A stretch of 64,000 nt of DNA from Chamaesiphon sp. (GTDB lineage: Bacteria > Cyanobacteriota > Cyanobacteriia > Cyanobacteriales > Chamaesiphonaceae): NCBI GenBank assembly GCA_965246715.1, contig CBDFFH010000036.1, forward strand, positions 96,001 through 160,000, written 5' to 3'. Positions 10,458-19,554 of this stretch are shown in pieces. The translations under genes and the position numbers were made by a program. How positions within the stretch are numbered: the first letter of the stretch is position 1; every line of letters starts with the position of its first letter. The notes below the pieces were generated by a model that was not told the DNA's origin, did not search any database, and was given only the letters and a program-made list of their open reading frames with translations.

Positions 10458-11521
10458 GAAGTTACTGCTAGTAGGGAATATCAAAACGATCCCTGTTGCT
10501 CCTTTTGATGATTCAGCTTCAATGTTGTTTGAGAACTTCCAATCCCAAGGCGTTAAGGTAGCCACGATGGATTTACGAATTGCGGCAATTGCCAGTTCGA
10601 GAAGGTTAATAGGCGTTGCTGGATTAAGATATGATTTGGCGATCGAGAGGTAATCTGTGCCGTCGATCGCCAGAACTAACTGAATTAGGAGTTGGTACTT
10701 CACCAAATTTAAGATAATGAATTAACAATCTAATAGAATGCTTTAGCATTTGTTCGCACTTAGAATAACATAATGTTTTTCTTTTTAATCGAGCTAAGTA
10801 ATGTCTGAGCCTAGTGTTTTCACCCTCAACTCTTGTCATATAAGTTTTACTCACGATTTGGTCACCATCTGGAATAAATATTGGATAGACCCTCCACCCA
10901 TCCGTCACATAAAAATAACATTTCCATGTACTTACCAAATTCTCCCATAGCGGTCTAAATGTCTTAGCACTGTGGTCGCCTAATACCCATCCTAAAATAC
11001 CCATCTGAAAGTGATTTACTGCCGTCCAGAGCCAGATCTTGTTTTTTTTGAGCCAACAAACGTCTCTAACTCATCCAACTCACCAACTTCTGGTATTTGG
11101 TCTGAATTATAGTAATCTGGGAGATTTGCCCCTACTTGCTTCACCCAATCCATGACAGTTGTATTATGCACACCCATTACTCTTTCTATTGCTCGAAATC
11201 CCATCCCATTAACATACATTGACAAACATTTCTGCTTGATTTGTGGTGAATATCCTCTGTGTGCTTCATAACAATCTATAAATTGCCGTCCGCAGTCTTT
11301 ACAAATATGGTTCTGCTTTCCCTTTATTCGCCCATTTTTATTGATATTGGACGATCTACATTCAGGACATTCCATTTAGATATTTGCTCTTGTTACTTCT
11401 CTCGATCGCCTTAGATCATATCCTAATCCAGCAACGCCGGTTAATATTATTAACTCGCAATCATCGAGATTTTGTCAAAGTTCCAGGATTAAAGATCGAA
11501 GATTGGACTCAGGAGATTTGA
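10458..11521 (+). pseudogene. vapC: PIN/VapC toxin, 5'-truncated and interrupted by IS1
   Basis: MDLRIAAIASSRRLI before the IS continues as LLTRNHRDFVKVPGLKIEDW after it. Confidence 0.75.
10612..11438 (-). mobile_element. IS1-family element (InsA 11016-11375; InsB 10624-about 11040 via -1 frameshift at an A-run)
   Basis: TIR GGCGTTGCTGGATT; 8-bp TSD GGTTAATA; Zn-finger CPEC/CKDC, ELDE and TDGW motifs. Confidence 0.92.
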
Positions 11522-11809
11522 TTTCTAGAGCTAAGATCTAGTCAGATTCGATCGAGGAAAGAGCAGATTGTTGAAAGGCTTGCTCCGTAAGCATTTAAGC
11601 TGTGGGCAGTGCCCACCCTACAAAACTACAAAACTAAATCGAGTAAATCAGCGGCTCGTTCGATCGATGTTAACTCTCAAACACTCATTAAATCGACGAT
11701 CTTAAACCTGCCACCCTCGATTACGTCCAAGCGATACTAATCGCTCAATCCCCTTCTTACTAGCAAGAATTTGAGCTGTGGGCATTGCTCACATACATCT
11801 TGCTTCATA

Positions 11810-12907
11810 TCAAATCTTACACTCAGATAAGTGATGATACAAGGTAGCTAATCCTAGTTCATTGTCTGGTGGGATAAAAAAGTCAACAAAATTTGGGTAA
11901 TACCCCGCTGGAAATAACTTGATAGATTCTTCATCGTTTGATTTGTCTATGTTTTTGAGCTTGTTAGTCCAAATTTGCTTTAAAAAGGCATCATATTTTT
12001 TAGAATTACGTTCATATCTTTCATAAATAGACATCCATATCTCTTTTTGAATGCTAAATCCAAATTGACCCCAACTATACTCAACCCACAAGCCATCTAT
12101 GGTGACTAGATCCGTACAAGGTATGTTGGCGAGTGTTTCGGGGGTGAGATAGTAAACACCTTCTCCCTGTAGATTAGCTATTAGCTCATGCGTTTTGTGT
12201 TGAGCAGCCTTCCATCTACACTCTGACAATAAATCTCTTAATATCGAGTAGTCAGTAGCAGTTTCAGATTTTAGTTCTACTTTATCCTTAGAGTGTATAG
12301 TGATTGGTGGTTCTGGTGTAGGGGGTTCTCCCTTTACTACAATATCGTACCAATCTAAGTCACCAACGGTACCATTTGGATAAATAGTATTAATAATAAT
12401 TACTTCACCTACATTCAGATCGTTTAGGTGTGCTTGGAAGAGAGTACATTCAGTGAGACTGCCAGACCAATCAGCTTCATTCCATTGAGATTTACTTAAA
12501 TTGCTTGAGTAAAAACCAGTAGAAATCATACAGATTTCAGTAAATTTTACTCGTTCTAAATTGCATCGATTGAAGGCTAAATCGTTTGCCCTGAAATCAA
12601 TAAAATTAGCATTTACAAATAATGAATTTGTAAAACTACTCTCCTCAATTTCACATTTAATAAAATTTGAATTATTGAAAATACAACTTTTGAACTCGGT
12701 TTCAGTAATAATTGTATTGCTGAAATCAGATTCATTGAAAATACAATTTTCAAATTCTGTACGATAAATATTGACATTGCTGAATTTTGCATTAGTAAAA
12801 TTTAGATCGCAAAAGTGCATTCCATCAAAATCGCTATCTGATACATTAATTTGTTGAAAGTCACACAAGCCATTATCTATTTGGCAATAAAATTCGTCTA
12901 GTCTCAT
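11810..12907 (-). CDS. Pentapeptide-repeat + GUN4-like domain protein (putative Rhs immunity)
   Basis: N-terminal xxFxx pentapeptide repeats; C-terminal DYS.LRDLL...W..A...T and PC.DL.TID.LW..YS.G.FGFS.QK.IW (GUN4-like); directly downstream of the toxin. Confidence 0.75.
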   Translation of the reverse strand: MRLDEFYCQIDNGLCDFQQINVSDSDFDGMHFCDLNFTNAKFSNVNIYRTEFENCIFNESDFSNTIITETEFKSCIFNNSNFIKCEIEESSFTNSLFVNANFIDFRANDLAFNRCNLERVKFTEICMISTGFYSSNLSKSQWNEADWSGSLTECTLFQAHLNDLNVGEVIIINTIYPNGTVGDLDWYDIVVKGEPPTPEPPITIHSKDKVELKSETATDYSILRDLLSECRWKAAQHKTHELIANLQGEGVYYLTPETLANIPCTDLVTIDGLWVEYSWGQFGFSIQKEIWMSIYERYERNSKKYDAFLKQIWTNKLKNIDKSNDEESIKLFPAGYYPNFVDFFIPPDNELGLATLYHHLSECKI

Positions 12908-13008
12908 AATTTTATTTCTCTCAATCGATATCGTTTATTTTGACAATTTCAACTCTTCAACTCAGTTAGTGATATCTAGCTAATTAGTAATATCTAGCTA
13001 ATTGTATG

Positions 13009-16000
13009 TTAAATAGGAGAAGGAATGTAATATGTCCTTGCATTGTTGACCTTGGTGAAATCCTTCTTAAGATTCCAATTAGATACAACAACACTGAAGT
13101 TATACTTGCATTCTTTGGCAATACGTTGAGATTTATTAACTTGAGCACTAAACTCAATTAGCTTTTGTCTTTTTACAGAAGTCGTATAATAATCTGGCTT
13201 ATTATTCTTCCTTCTGATTGCGTTGTCCCAATCCCATAACTTTACTTCCACAACATGTCTTTGTGAAATACCTGAAGCTCTACTTACTGTACTTCCTGGT
13301 TTAACCAGTCCGTCAAAGAAAGCAGATTCGCCACTTGGAGTAAGAATTATAAAGTCTCCTGGCGACCCAGTGATCAAAGTTGTATATCTATTGCCTTTTT
13401 GCACTCTATCGCCACCTCCTTGATGGTAAGACATCTCATAAGTAAAGCATTTTCTCTTGCATTTGTTAGGATTGGGAACTGAGTCATTATCGACTCTCAG
13501 TCGATCTCTAAACTTATAAATTTCCGCTTGGCGATTATCATATACTGCTGCTCGTTGTTCCTCTGTGAATAACGGATTAACTGTCTCAGGAGTAGATGTC
13601 CTCCTTGGCGTAGAAGAATTTGTTGTAGGCGATGGAACTGTGTTTATAGGCACTCCAGGAGTATTCTGAATCAAACCACGAGTTTGTCCATAGGAGGGAG
13701 GGTTCACAACGGTAGGTCTGAAGCCACCACCGCTCCCACTACTACCGCCACCACCCAAGGTGTTGGTACCCCAACCATTACCTGTGGGTCGTCCGATCGA
13801 ACCACTATCACTGCCTGTAGGATAAAGTACCGGAGGTGGAGCGGGAATACCTCTCATGTCTGGACCTGTCGCCGCCCCGCCACTGTCTCTCAGAACAGGT
13901 CCCAATCCACTAGGATCGATAAAATTAGTTGGACTATTTCCAACATACCGATAAAGATTGGCATCCCCAGCATTAAAGCCGATCGGATCTTCAGAAATAA
14001 ACCGTCCAACAGCACTATCATAATACCGCGCCCGATAATAATCCAGTCCAGTCTCATTATCCTGCTCCCGCCCAGTATAACCATAACGGAACTCAACAGC
14101 CGGATTAGTCTGGCTCACAACCTTCCCATAACTGTCGTAAGTAACGTGGTTCAGCACCACCCCACTACCATCGACAACATCCCGCACCGTCCCCAGATTA
14201 TCCGCCAACGCCCAAACCACCGAACCCCCACGCTCGTCAGCTAGGATTTGGTCAACACCAGTCCCATACAGATACCGATGTGTCTGGACTCCAGCACCAT
14301 CGAACACCAGTGCGATATTCGCACCATCGTAGGTGTAGTTATAAACCCCATCAGTCAACAACCGATTATCCGTTCCAGTCCCATAACCCGCAGTCGTCCG
14401 ATTGCCATTAGCATCATAACTATAAGCCTCATTCGCCTGAGTTGTATGGTTAGCACCCGTTAACTGATTGGTGCTGTCATAGCTATAATCCTCAGTCCCA
14501 TCGGTACCCGAACTCTGAGTAATTCGGTTGGCATTATCGTAAGTAAAGCCATAACTAGCAATGGTATTAACACCACGTTTGTGCGTGAGATCCTGCAATC
14601 GTCCCGCTGGATCGAAGGCATAGGTAGAATCAGCCACCGATAATGTGCCAGCCACATCCCCATAGCGATTGATGCCAGTTAATCGATTGACAGCATCGTA
14701 GCTCAGATCCATCCGTTTGCCAGTCACCCCAGTCCCCGATTGAGTCAGCTTAGTGACGCGGTTTAAGATGTCATAGCTATAAGCATTAATTCCTTTGAGC
14801 GTGCCATTAATCGAATCGGTAACACTCAACAGATTTCCCGCTGCATCATAGCCGTAATTCATCAGCACATTCGGCACTCCAGTCGTACCGAGATTATCGA
14901 CTGATGTAACGCGATCGACTAAATCGTAAGTATAGGTATATTTAGAATCTGGGTCATTGGTAGTTAATAAATGACCGACAGCATCGTAACTGTAGTTAAA
15001 GGTGCGGATGTCGGTACCCAGATTGTCCAGCCAGTGTTCGGCAGTCTCGCGGTTTAAGACATCATAATCGTAGGTGCGTTTGCGTCCGTTACGATCGATC
15101 GAACTTATCAAATCCCCAACGGCATCATAGCCAAAGGTGCGGGTTTTACCGAGTTGGTTGGTATCGGTAATTTGGCGATCTAAAGCGTCGTAAGTATAAC
15201 TAGTCGTATTCCCTACCGAATCGGTAATCGAGAGTATATTCCCAACAGCATCGTAAGCGGTGATGGTGGGATTACTCTTGGCATCGACGACTTTGATTTG
15301 ACGATCGAGTTTGTCAAAGAAGTATTGAGTTGTATGACCCAGTGCATCGGTAACAGAGGTGCGATTGCCGACGTTATCGTAACCGAAGGTAGTTGTATGG
15401 GTGAGGGGATCGGTAATGCCTGTCAGACGGTCTAACGAGTCGTAAGTATAGGTGGTGGTCTGGACTAGCTCGTTAGTGCGGGCGATGACATTGCCTACTG
15501 CATCGTAACTGATCGTCTGCTCCTGGTTGAGGGCATCTTTAGTGGAGACGATCCGGTTATTGCGATCGTAACCGTAGGTGGTGGTATGACCCAGTTCATC
15601 GGTGGTGGAGGTGACGTTACCTTCGGTATCGTAGACGGTGCTGGTAGTATGATTGAGCGGATCGAGGGTGGAGATTAAGCGATCGACTCGATCGTAGGTG
15701 AAATAAGTCGTGCGATTGAGTGCGTCGGTGGTGGATTTGATGTTACCGACTTTATCGTAGACGATGGTTGCATCTTGGTTGAGTGCATCGATAGTCTTGA
15801 CTAAGCGATCGAGATTATCGTAGACGTATTTAGTCGTGTGGTTGAGTTCGTCAGTTGTGGATTTGATATTACCGACTGCATCATAGGTGATAGTGGCCTT
15901 CTGACCGAGTGCGTCTGTGGTCTTGATTAGACGATCGAGTACGTCGTAATCGAAGCTGGTAGTATGGCTGAGCGGATCGGTAACGCTCAGAATATTCCCG

Positions 16001-16680
16001 ACTTTATCATAGGTAGTTTTAGTCAGTGAGTTTCGAGCATCCTTAACCTGAATCCGACGATTCAGTGCGTCATAAGTATACTCAGTCCGATTCCCATTAG
16101 CATCGATCGTCGCCGTGACATTGCCTAACTTATCGTACTCATTACTAGTAACATGCCCCAGGGCATCCTTAACTGCAATCTGCCGACCTAAATCATCGTA
16201 TTTATAAGTGGTAGTATGCCCTTTGGCATCGATCGTGGCAATTAGTTCGTTGGCGGCATCGTAACTGTATTGAGTCTGATTTCCCATCGCATCGATTTCC
16301 CGTATCAATCGATTGCGAACGTCATATAATTGCTGAGTTTTGTGTCCGAGCGTGTCGGTAGTCGCGGTCAGGTTGTCGTTGCCATCGTAGCCATAGGTGG
16401 TGGCTTTGGGGTTGAGGGGATCGGCATCGGCGGCGATGGTACCGATGAGACGATTGCGCGCATCGTAGCGATACTGAGTCGCATGTGTGAGTGCGTCGGT
16501 GACGGTGATGAGGTTGCCGTTATTGTCGTAGGCATTGGTGGTTAAGCCATTGCCCGCATCGAGGATAGTTTCCAGTCTGCCGCGCTTGTCATAGGTCATT
16601 TTCGTCACATGACCCAGTGCGTCGGTGACGCTGGTTTGATGACCCATCTTGTCGTAGGTATAAGTCGTCTTACTACCCAG
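13009..16680 (-). CDS. Orphan Rhs/YD-repeat protein, N-terminally truncated, with a PD-(D/E)xK-type C-terminal toxin
   Basis: YD repeats; core ...GRFISEDPIGF...YRYVGNSPTNFIDPSGL; tip with FFDG...VEVK...Q; frame closed by TAG just upstream of 16680 (first ATG at 16647). Confidence 0.88.
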   Translation of the reverse strand: MGSKTTYTYDKMGHQTSVTDALGHVTKMTYDKRGRLETILDAGNGLTTNAYDNNGNLITVTDALTHATQYRYDARNRLIGTIAADADPLNPKATTYGYDGNDNLTATTDTLGHKTQQLYDVRNRLIREIDAMGNQTQYSYDAANELIATIDAKGHTTTYKYDDLGRQIAVKDALGHVTSNEYDKLGNVTATIDANGNRTEYTYDALNRRIQVKDARNSLTKTTYDKVGNILSVTDPLSHTTSFDYDVLDRLIKTTDALGQKATITYDAVGNIKSTTDELNHTTKYVYDNLDRLVKTIDALNQDATIVYDKVGNIKSTTDALNRTTYFTYDRVDRLISTLDPLNHTTSTVYDTEGNVTSTTDELGHTTTYGYDRNNRIVSTKDALNQEQTISYDAVGNVIARTNELVQTTTYTYDSLDRLTGITDPLTHTTTFGYDNVGNRTSVTDALGHTTQYFFDKLDRQIKVVDAKSNPTITAYDAVGNILSITDSVGNTTSYTYDALDRQITDTNQLGKTRTFGYDAVGDLISSIDRNGRKRTYDYDVLNRETAEHWLDNLGTDIRTFNYSYDAVGHLLTTNDPDSKYTYTYDLVDRVTSVDNLGTTGVPNVLMNYGYDAAGNLLSVTDSINGTLKGINAYSYDILNRVTKLTQSGTGVTGKRMDLSYDAVNRLTGINRYGDVAGTLSVADSTYAFDPAGRLQDLTHKRGVNTIASYGFTYDNANRITQSSGTDGTEDYSYDSTNQLTGANHTTQANEAYSYDANGNRTTAGYGTGTDNRLLTDGVYNYTYDGANIALVFDGAGVQTHRYLYGTGVDQILADERGGSVVWALADNLGTVRDVVDGSGVVLNHVTYDSYGKVVSQTNPAVEFRYGYTGREQDNETGLDYYRARYYDSAVGRFISEDPIGFNAGDANLYRYVGNSPTNFIDPSGLGPVLRDSGGAATGPDMRGIPAPPPVLYPTGSDSGSIGRPTGNGWGTNTLGGGGSSGSGGGFRPTVVNPPSYGQTRGLIQNTPGVPINTVPSPTTNSSTPRRTSTPETVNPLFTEEQRAAVYDNRQAEIYKFRDRLRVDNDSVPNPNKCKRKCFTYEMSYHQGGGDRVQKGNRYTTLITGSPGDFIILTPSGESAFFDGLVKPGSTVSRASGISQRHVVEVKLWDWDNAIRRKNNKPDYYTTSVKRQKLIEFSAQVNKSQRIAKECKYNFSVVVSNWNLKKDFTKVNNARTYYIPSPI

Positions 16681-16752
16681 CTACGCCAGCATCCCTAACA
16701 ATGATGATGCGGATTAAATGTTAAAATATTAGTAAATATGTATCTGTAATTC

Positions 16753-17574
16753 ATGCGTCGCGATTCGATATTTTATCAGTTGTTTCGTCAATATCCAGCT
16801 CTGTTATTCGAGCTATTATCTCAACCTCCAGATCGAGCGTCTGAATACATTTTTGAAGCGGTTGAGGTCAAGGAAACTGCTTTTAGAATGGATGGGGTAT
16901 TTCTCCCACCAGATCGATCGGGAATAGTTTATCTGTGTGAGGTGCAATTTCAACTGGATGAGTTGCTTTATGAACGAATGCTGAGTGAGATTTCCATTTA
17001 CACTTATCGCAATCGCGAACGATTTGCCGATTGGCAAGCGGTGATAATTTATCCGAGTCGAAGTATGGAACAATCGCGGACTGGAATGGTCCGGGAGATG
17101 TTGGATAGTGGCCGGATTAGGCGAGTGTATTTGGATGAGTTGGGGGAGGTGGAGGAGTTACCTACTGGTTTAGGTTTGATGGTGTTGACAACGCTGGAGG
17201 GGGAGAAGGCTACTCAGTCGGCGATCGGGTTAATCGAGCGGGCACAGGGCAATCGAGGTATAATCGATTTAATCTCCACAATTATTGTTTACAAGTTTAG
17301 TAATTTAAGTAGGGATGAGGTGGATGCGATGTTAGGGATTGAGTTGGAACAGACTAGAGTTTATCAAGAGGCGAAGGCTGAAGGATTAGAGCAGGGTTGG
17401 CAACAGGAAAGAGCTTTAGTCGTTAGACTTTTGACTAAAAAACTAGGAAATCTTACTCCAAAAAATCAAAGTCGGATTAATGAGCTATCAATAGATCGAG
17501 TCGAATCTTTAGGTGAAGCTTTATTAGATTTCACTTCTATTTCCGATTTAGAGGCTTGGTTGAATCATAATTAA
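16753..17574 (+). CDS. Rpn-family (DUF2887 + DUF4351) PD-(D/E)xK nuclease-like protein
   Basis: RRDSIFY, FRMDGVF, EVQFQ and C-terminal LGEALLDF...DL..WL motifs. Confidence 0.85.
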   Translation: MRRDSIFYQLFRQYPALLFELLSQPPDRASEYIFEAVEVKETAFRMDGVFLPPDRSGIVYLCEVQFQLDELLYERMLSEISIYTYRNRERFADWQAVIIYPSRSMEQSRTGMVREMLDSGRIRRVYLDELGEVEELPTGLGLMVLTTLEGEKATQSAIGLIERAQGNRGIIDLISTIIVYKFSNLSRDEVDAMLGIELEQTRVYQEAKAEGLEQGWQQERALVVRLLTKKLGNLTPKNQSRINELSIDRVESLGEALLDFTSISDLEAWLNHN

Positions 17575-18051
17575 CGATCGATAGAGATCGCAATCGCTCT
17601 ATATTCTATGGCGATCGAGCATGGGTGCGATCGAGTTAAAGTTGTTCGGGAGCGATCGAATCGCCAGAAAGCTTGCTCCGTATGAAGTTGAGTCGTGGGC
17701 ACTGCCCACCCTACTGGCTGGCTCCATAAATAAAGCAAAACTGGCATTCAGGCTAAGTCTCTGGTGCTGACTGGGCATCAGCTCTAACAACGTGTACAGT
17801 ATTAATTGGGCGTAAGGGAGAATGGTATTCACTGTTCTCATCAATGTGTTTTCACGCCCTTTTTCTCACATTTTCAATCTCTTGAAAAGCAGCTCTAATG
17901 TACTAGTGCAAGATGTGAGATAATCGATCGACCGTTGCGGTCTAAGGTTTAGGTGAGATTGCCGACGTTATCGTAGCTGTTAGTACGCATTGTACTCAAC
18001 TGATTGGTATCAATGATTAACCGATCGGTATTATTGCAAGTTGTGATTTGC

Positions 18052-18744
18052 TTAATAGATCTTTAAAATTTTTCTATTGACGATATCTTCATACAATTCC
18101 CAATATTCTTCCCATTCATCAATAAATTGATTTATTCGATTTAATTTATCTCGCTCGCTAATTCCTTCAAGATCGAAGCTAAAATTAGTAGAAAAAAGGG
18201 CACCAGCAATTAGAGAATTATCAGTTTCTTCCACTATAGTAGCATCTTCAATCCTTAGTACAAAATCATCTTTAGGATTATTAAAAAGTAACTCTATACT
18301 TCCACGAATTGGCTCGACACTAGCAGACTGTAAATCGTTAGGGGCTAATACAGTTGTAGGAATATATTGAGAAAAATTAGATTTTTTGTCACGCTCAAAC
18401 CAGATAAAGCTTCTAAATCCAATTCTGGCTAATGAATAATTAAATTTATTGAAAGTGTTAACCCATTTTTTCGATAACAAAGATATATTAATATTACTAG
18501 GCTTGCAATAGCGATAAGCTATAGGTTCTGTAAAAATAATTTCTCCGTCTCTGGCATAGAGTGAAACTTCATTGTTGAATGTTACTTGCCCTTGTTGAGA
18601 AGTGATCTCTGGAGGACTTGAAAATTCCCAGTCCCTAGGAATGATGCGGCTCTCTTTTAAAAATTTGGGAGTTAAAAATGTTGCTATTATTTCGTCTGAA
18701 TACAAATAGATGTCTAACTCTTGATATTTTATAATTGGTTTCAT
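18052..18744 (-). CDS. Hypothetical protein (cyanobacterial-type, FLKESRIIP.DWE motif)
   Basis: 230-aa AT-rich ORF co-oriented downstream of the immunity gene. Confidence 0.55.
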   Translation of the reverse strand: MKPIIKYQELDIYLYSDEIIATFLTPKFLKESRIIPRDWEFSSPPEITSQQGQVTFNNEVSLYARDGEIIFTEPIAYRYCKPSNINISLLSKKWVNTFNKFNYSLARIGFRSFIWFERDKKSNFSQYIPTTVLAPNDLQSASVEPIRGSIELLFNNPKDDFVLRIEDATIVEETDNSLIAGALFSTNFSFDLEGISERDKLNRINQFIDEWEEYWELYEDIVNRKILKIY

Positions 18745-18790
18745 TAGATATATTGTAAATTACTTTGATAGTTTGCTTGAAGCACTCAAG

Positions 18791-19534
18791 TTAACAAATA
18801 CCTAAAAAGCTTTTACCATTATTCTCGGAAGATTTCTTCAACCATTCTATCATTTCTGGAGTAACAACAGGAGAGCTTTGCAATCTACGTAAGTCTTCAT
18901 TTTCTTTTTTAATTTCTTTTAGAAGTAAAGGATGGTTGAAGAGTAATATATCTAATTGCTTGTAGAAATCTTCATTATATTTTTCATTGAAAGGATCGTA
19001 ATCTTTGTCAACACAAGAATACACTTCAGCTATTTTTCTAAAAGGTAAGATATCATCGATAGTAAATATATCATAACTTTCTTGTATTTCTTCATCACTT
19101 AGGTCGCCATTTATAATAGCAGCAATGCTTGTATCAAAATAGTAGGAGAAGGAATCATGAACTTGATCGATTGCTGATGCCACCGCTGCTCCAGATGGAT
19201 ATAAACACATAAGTAAAGTATCATTAAGACATTTTAAAGCATTTTCAGATACTGGCAGACTAGCTAAATCTTCCTCATATTCTTCAAATGCTAAACTATC
19301 AATTAATAACTCTATCCTATCAGGCTCGAATCGATTGTTGAGAAGAGATATCCAAACTTCATCCAGTGCATTTCTCAATAATTCAAAGCTATTTCTGCCA
19401 TAGTAGTAATCATACAGCTTGAAATTTGGTATCGTTCTCTCACTTAAAGAAGCACAGAACGACACCTGACGACGCTGAGGTAGTTCTGGGAAGATAACAT
19501 TACTATCACTGAATATTCCATATTTAATTTCCAT
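18791..19534 (-). CDS. DUF416/YjaG-like acidic protein, putative immunity protein
   Basis: LP...QVSFCASLSER..PNF...LRNALDEVW N-terminus; starts 20 bp after the toxin stop. Confidence 0.65.
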   Translation of the reverse strand: MEIKYGIFSDSNVIFPELPQRRQVSFCASLSERTIPNFKLYDYYYGRNSFELLRNALDEVWISLLNNRFEPDRIELLIDSLAFEEYEEDLASLPVSENALKCLNDTLLMCLYPSGAAVASAIDQVHDSFSYYFDTSIAAIINGDLSDEEIQESYDIFTIDDILPFRKIAEVYSCVDKDYDPFNEKYNEDFYKQLDILLFNHPLLLKEIKKENEDLRRLQSSPVVTPEMIEWLKKSSENNGKSFLGIC

Positions 19535-19554
19535 ATTAACACGTTAATTTCTCA

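Noticed and set aside
13684..14244. 186-aa plus-strand ORF and other ORFs antisense to long genes
   Set aside because: Shadow frames of well-supported opposite-strand genes, with no motifs.
14330..16680. Periodic nucleotide repeats
   Set aside because: Explained by protein-level YD repeats of Rhs.
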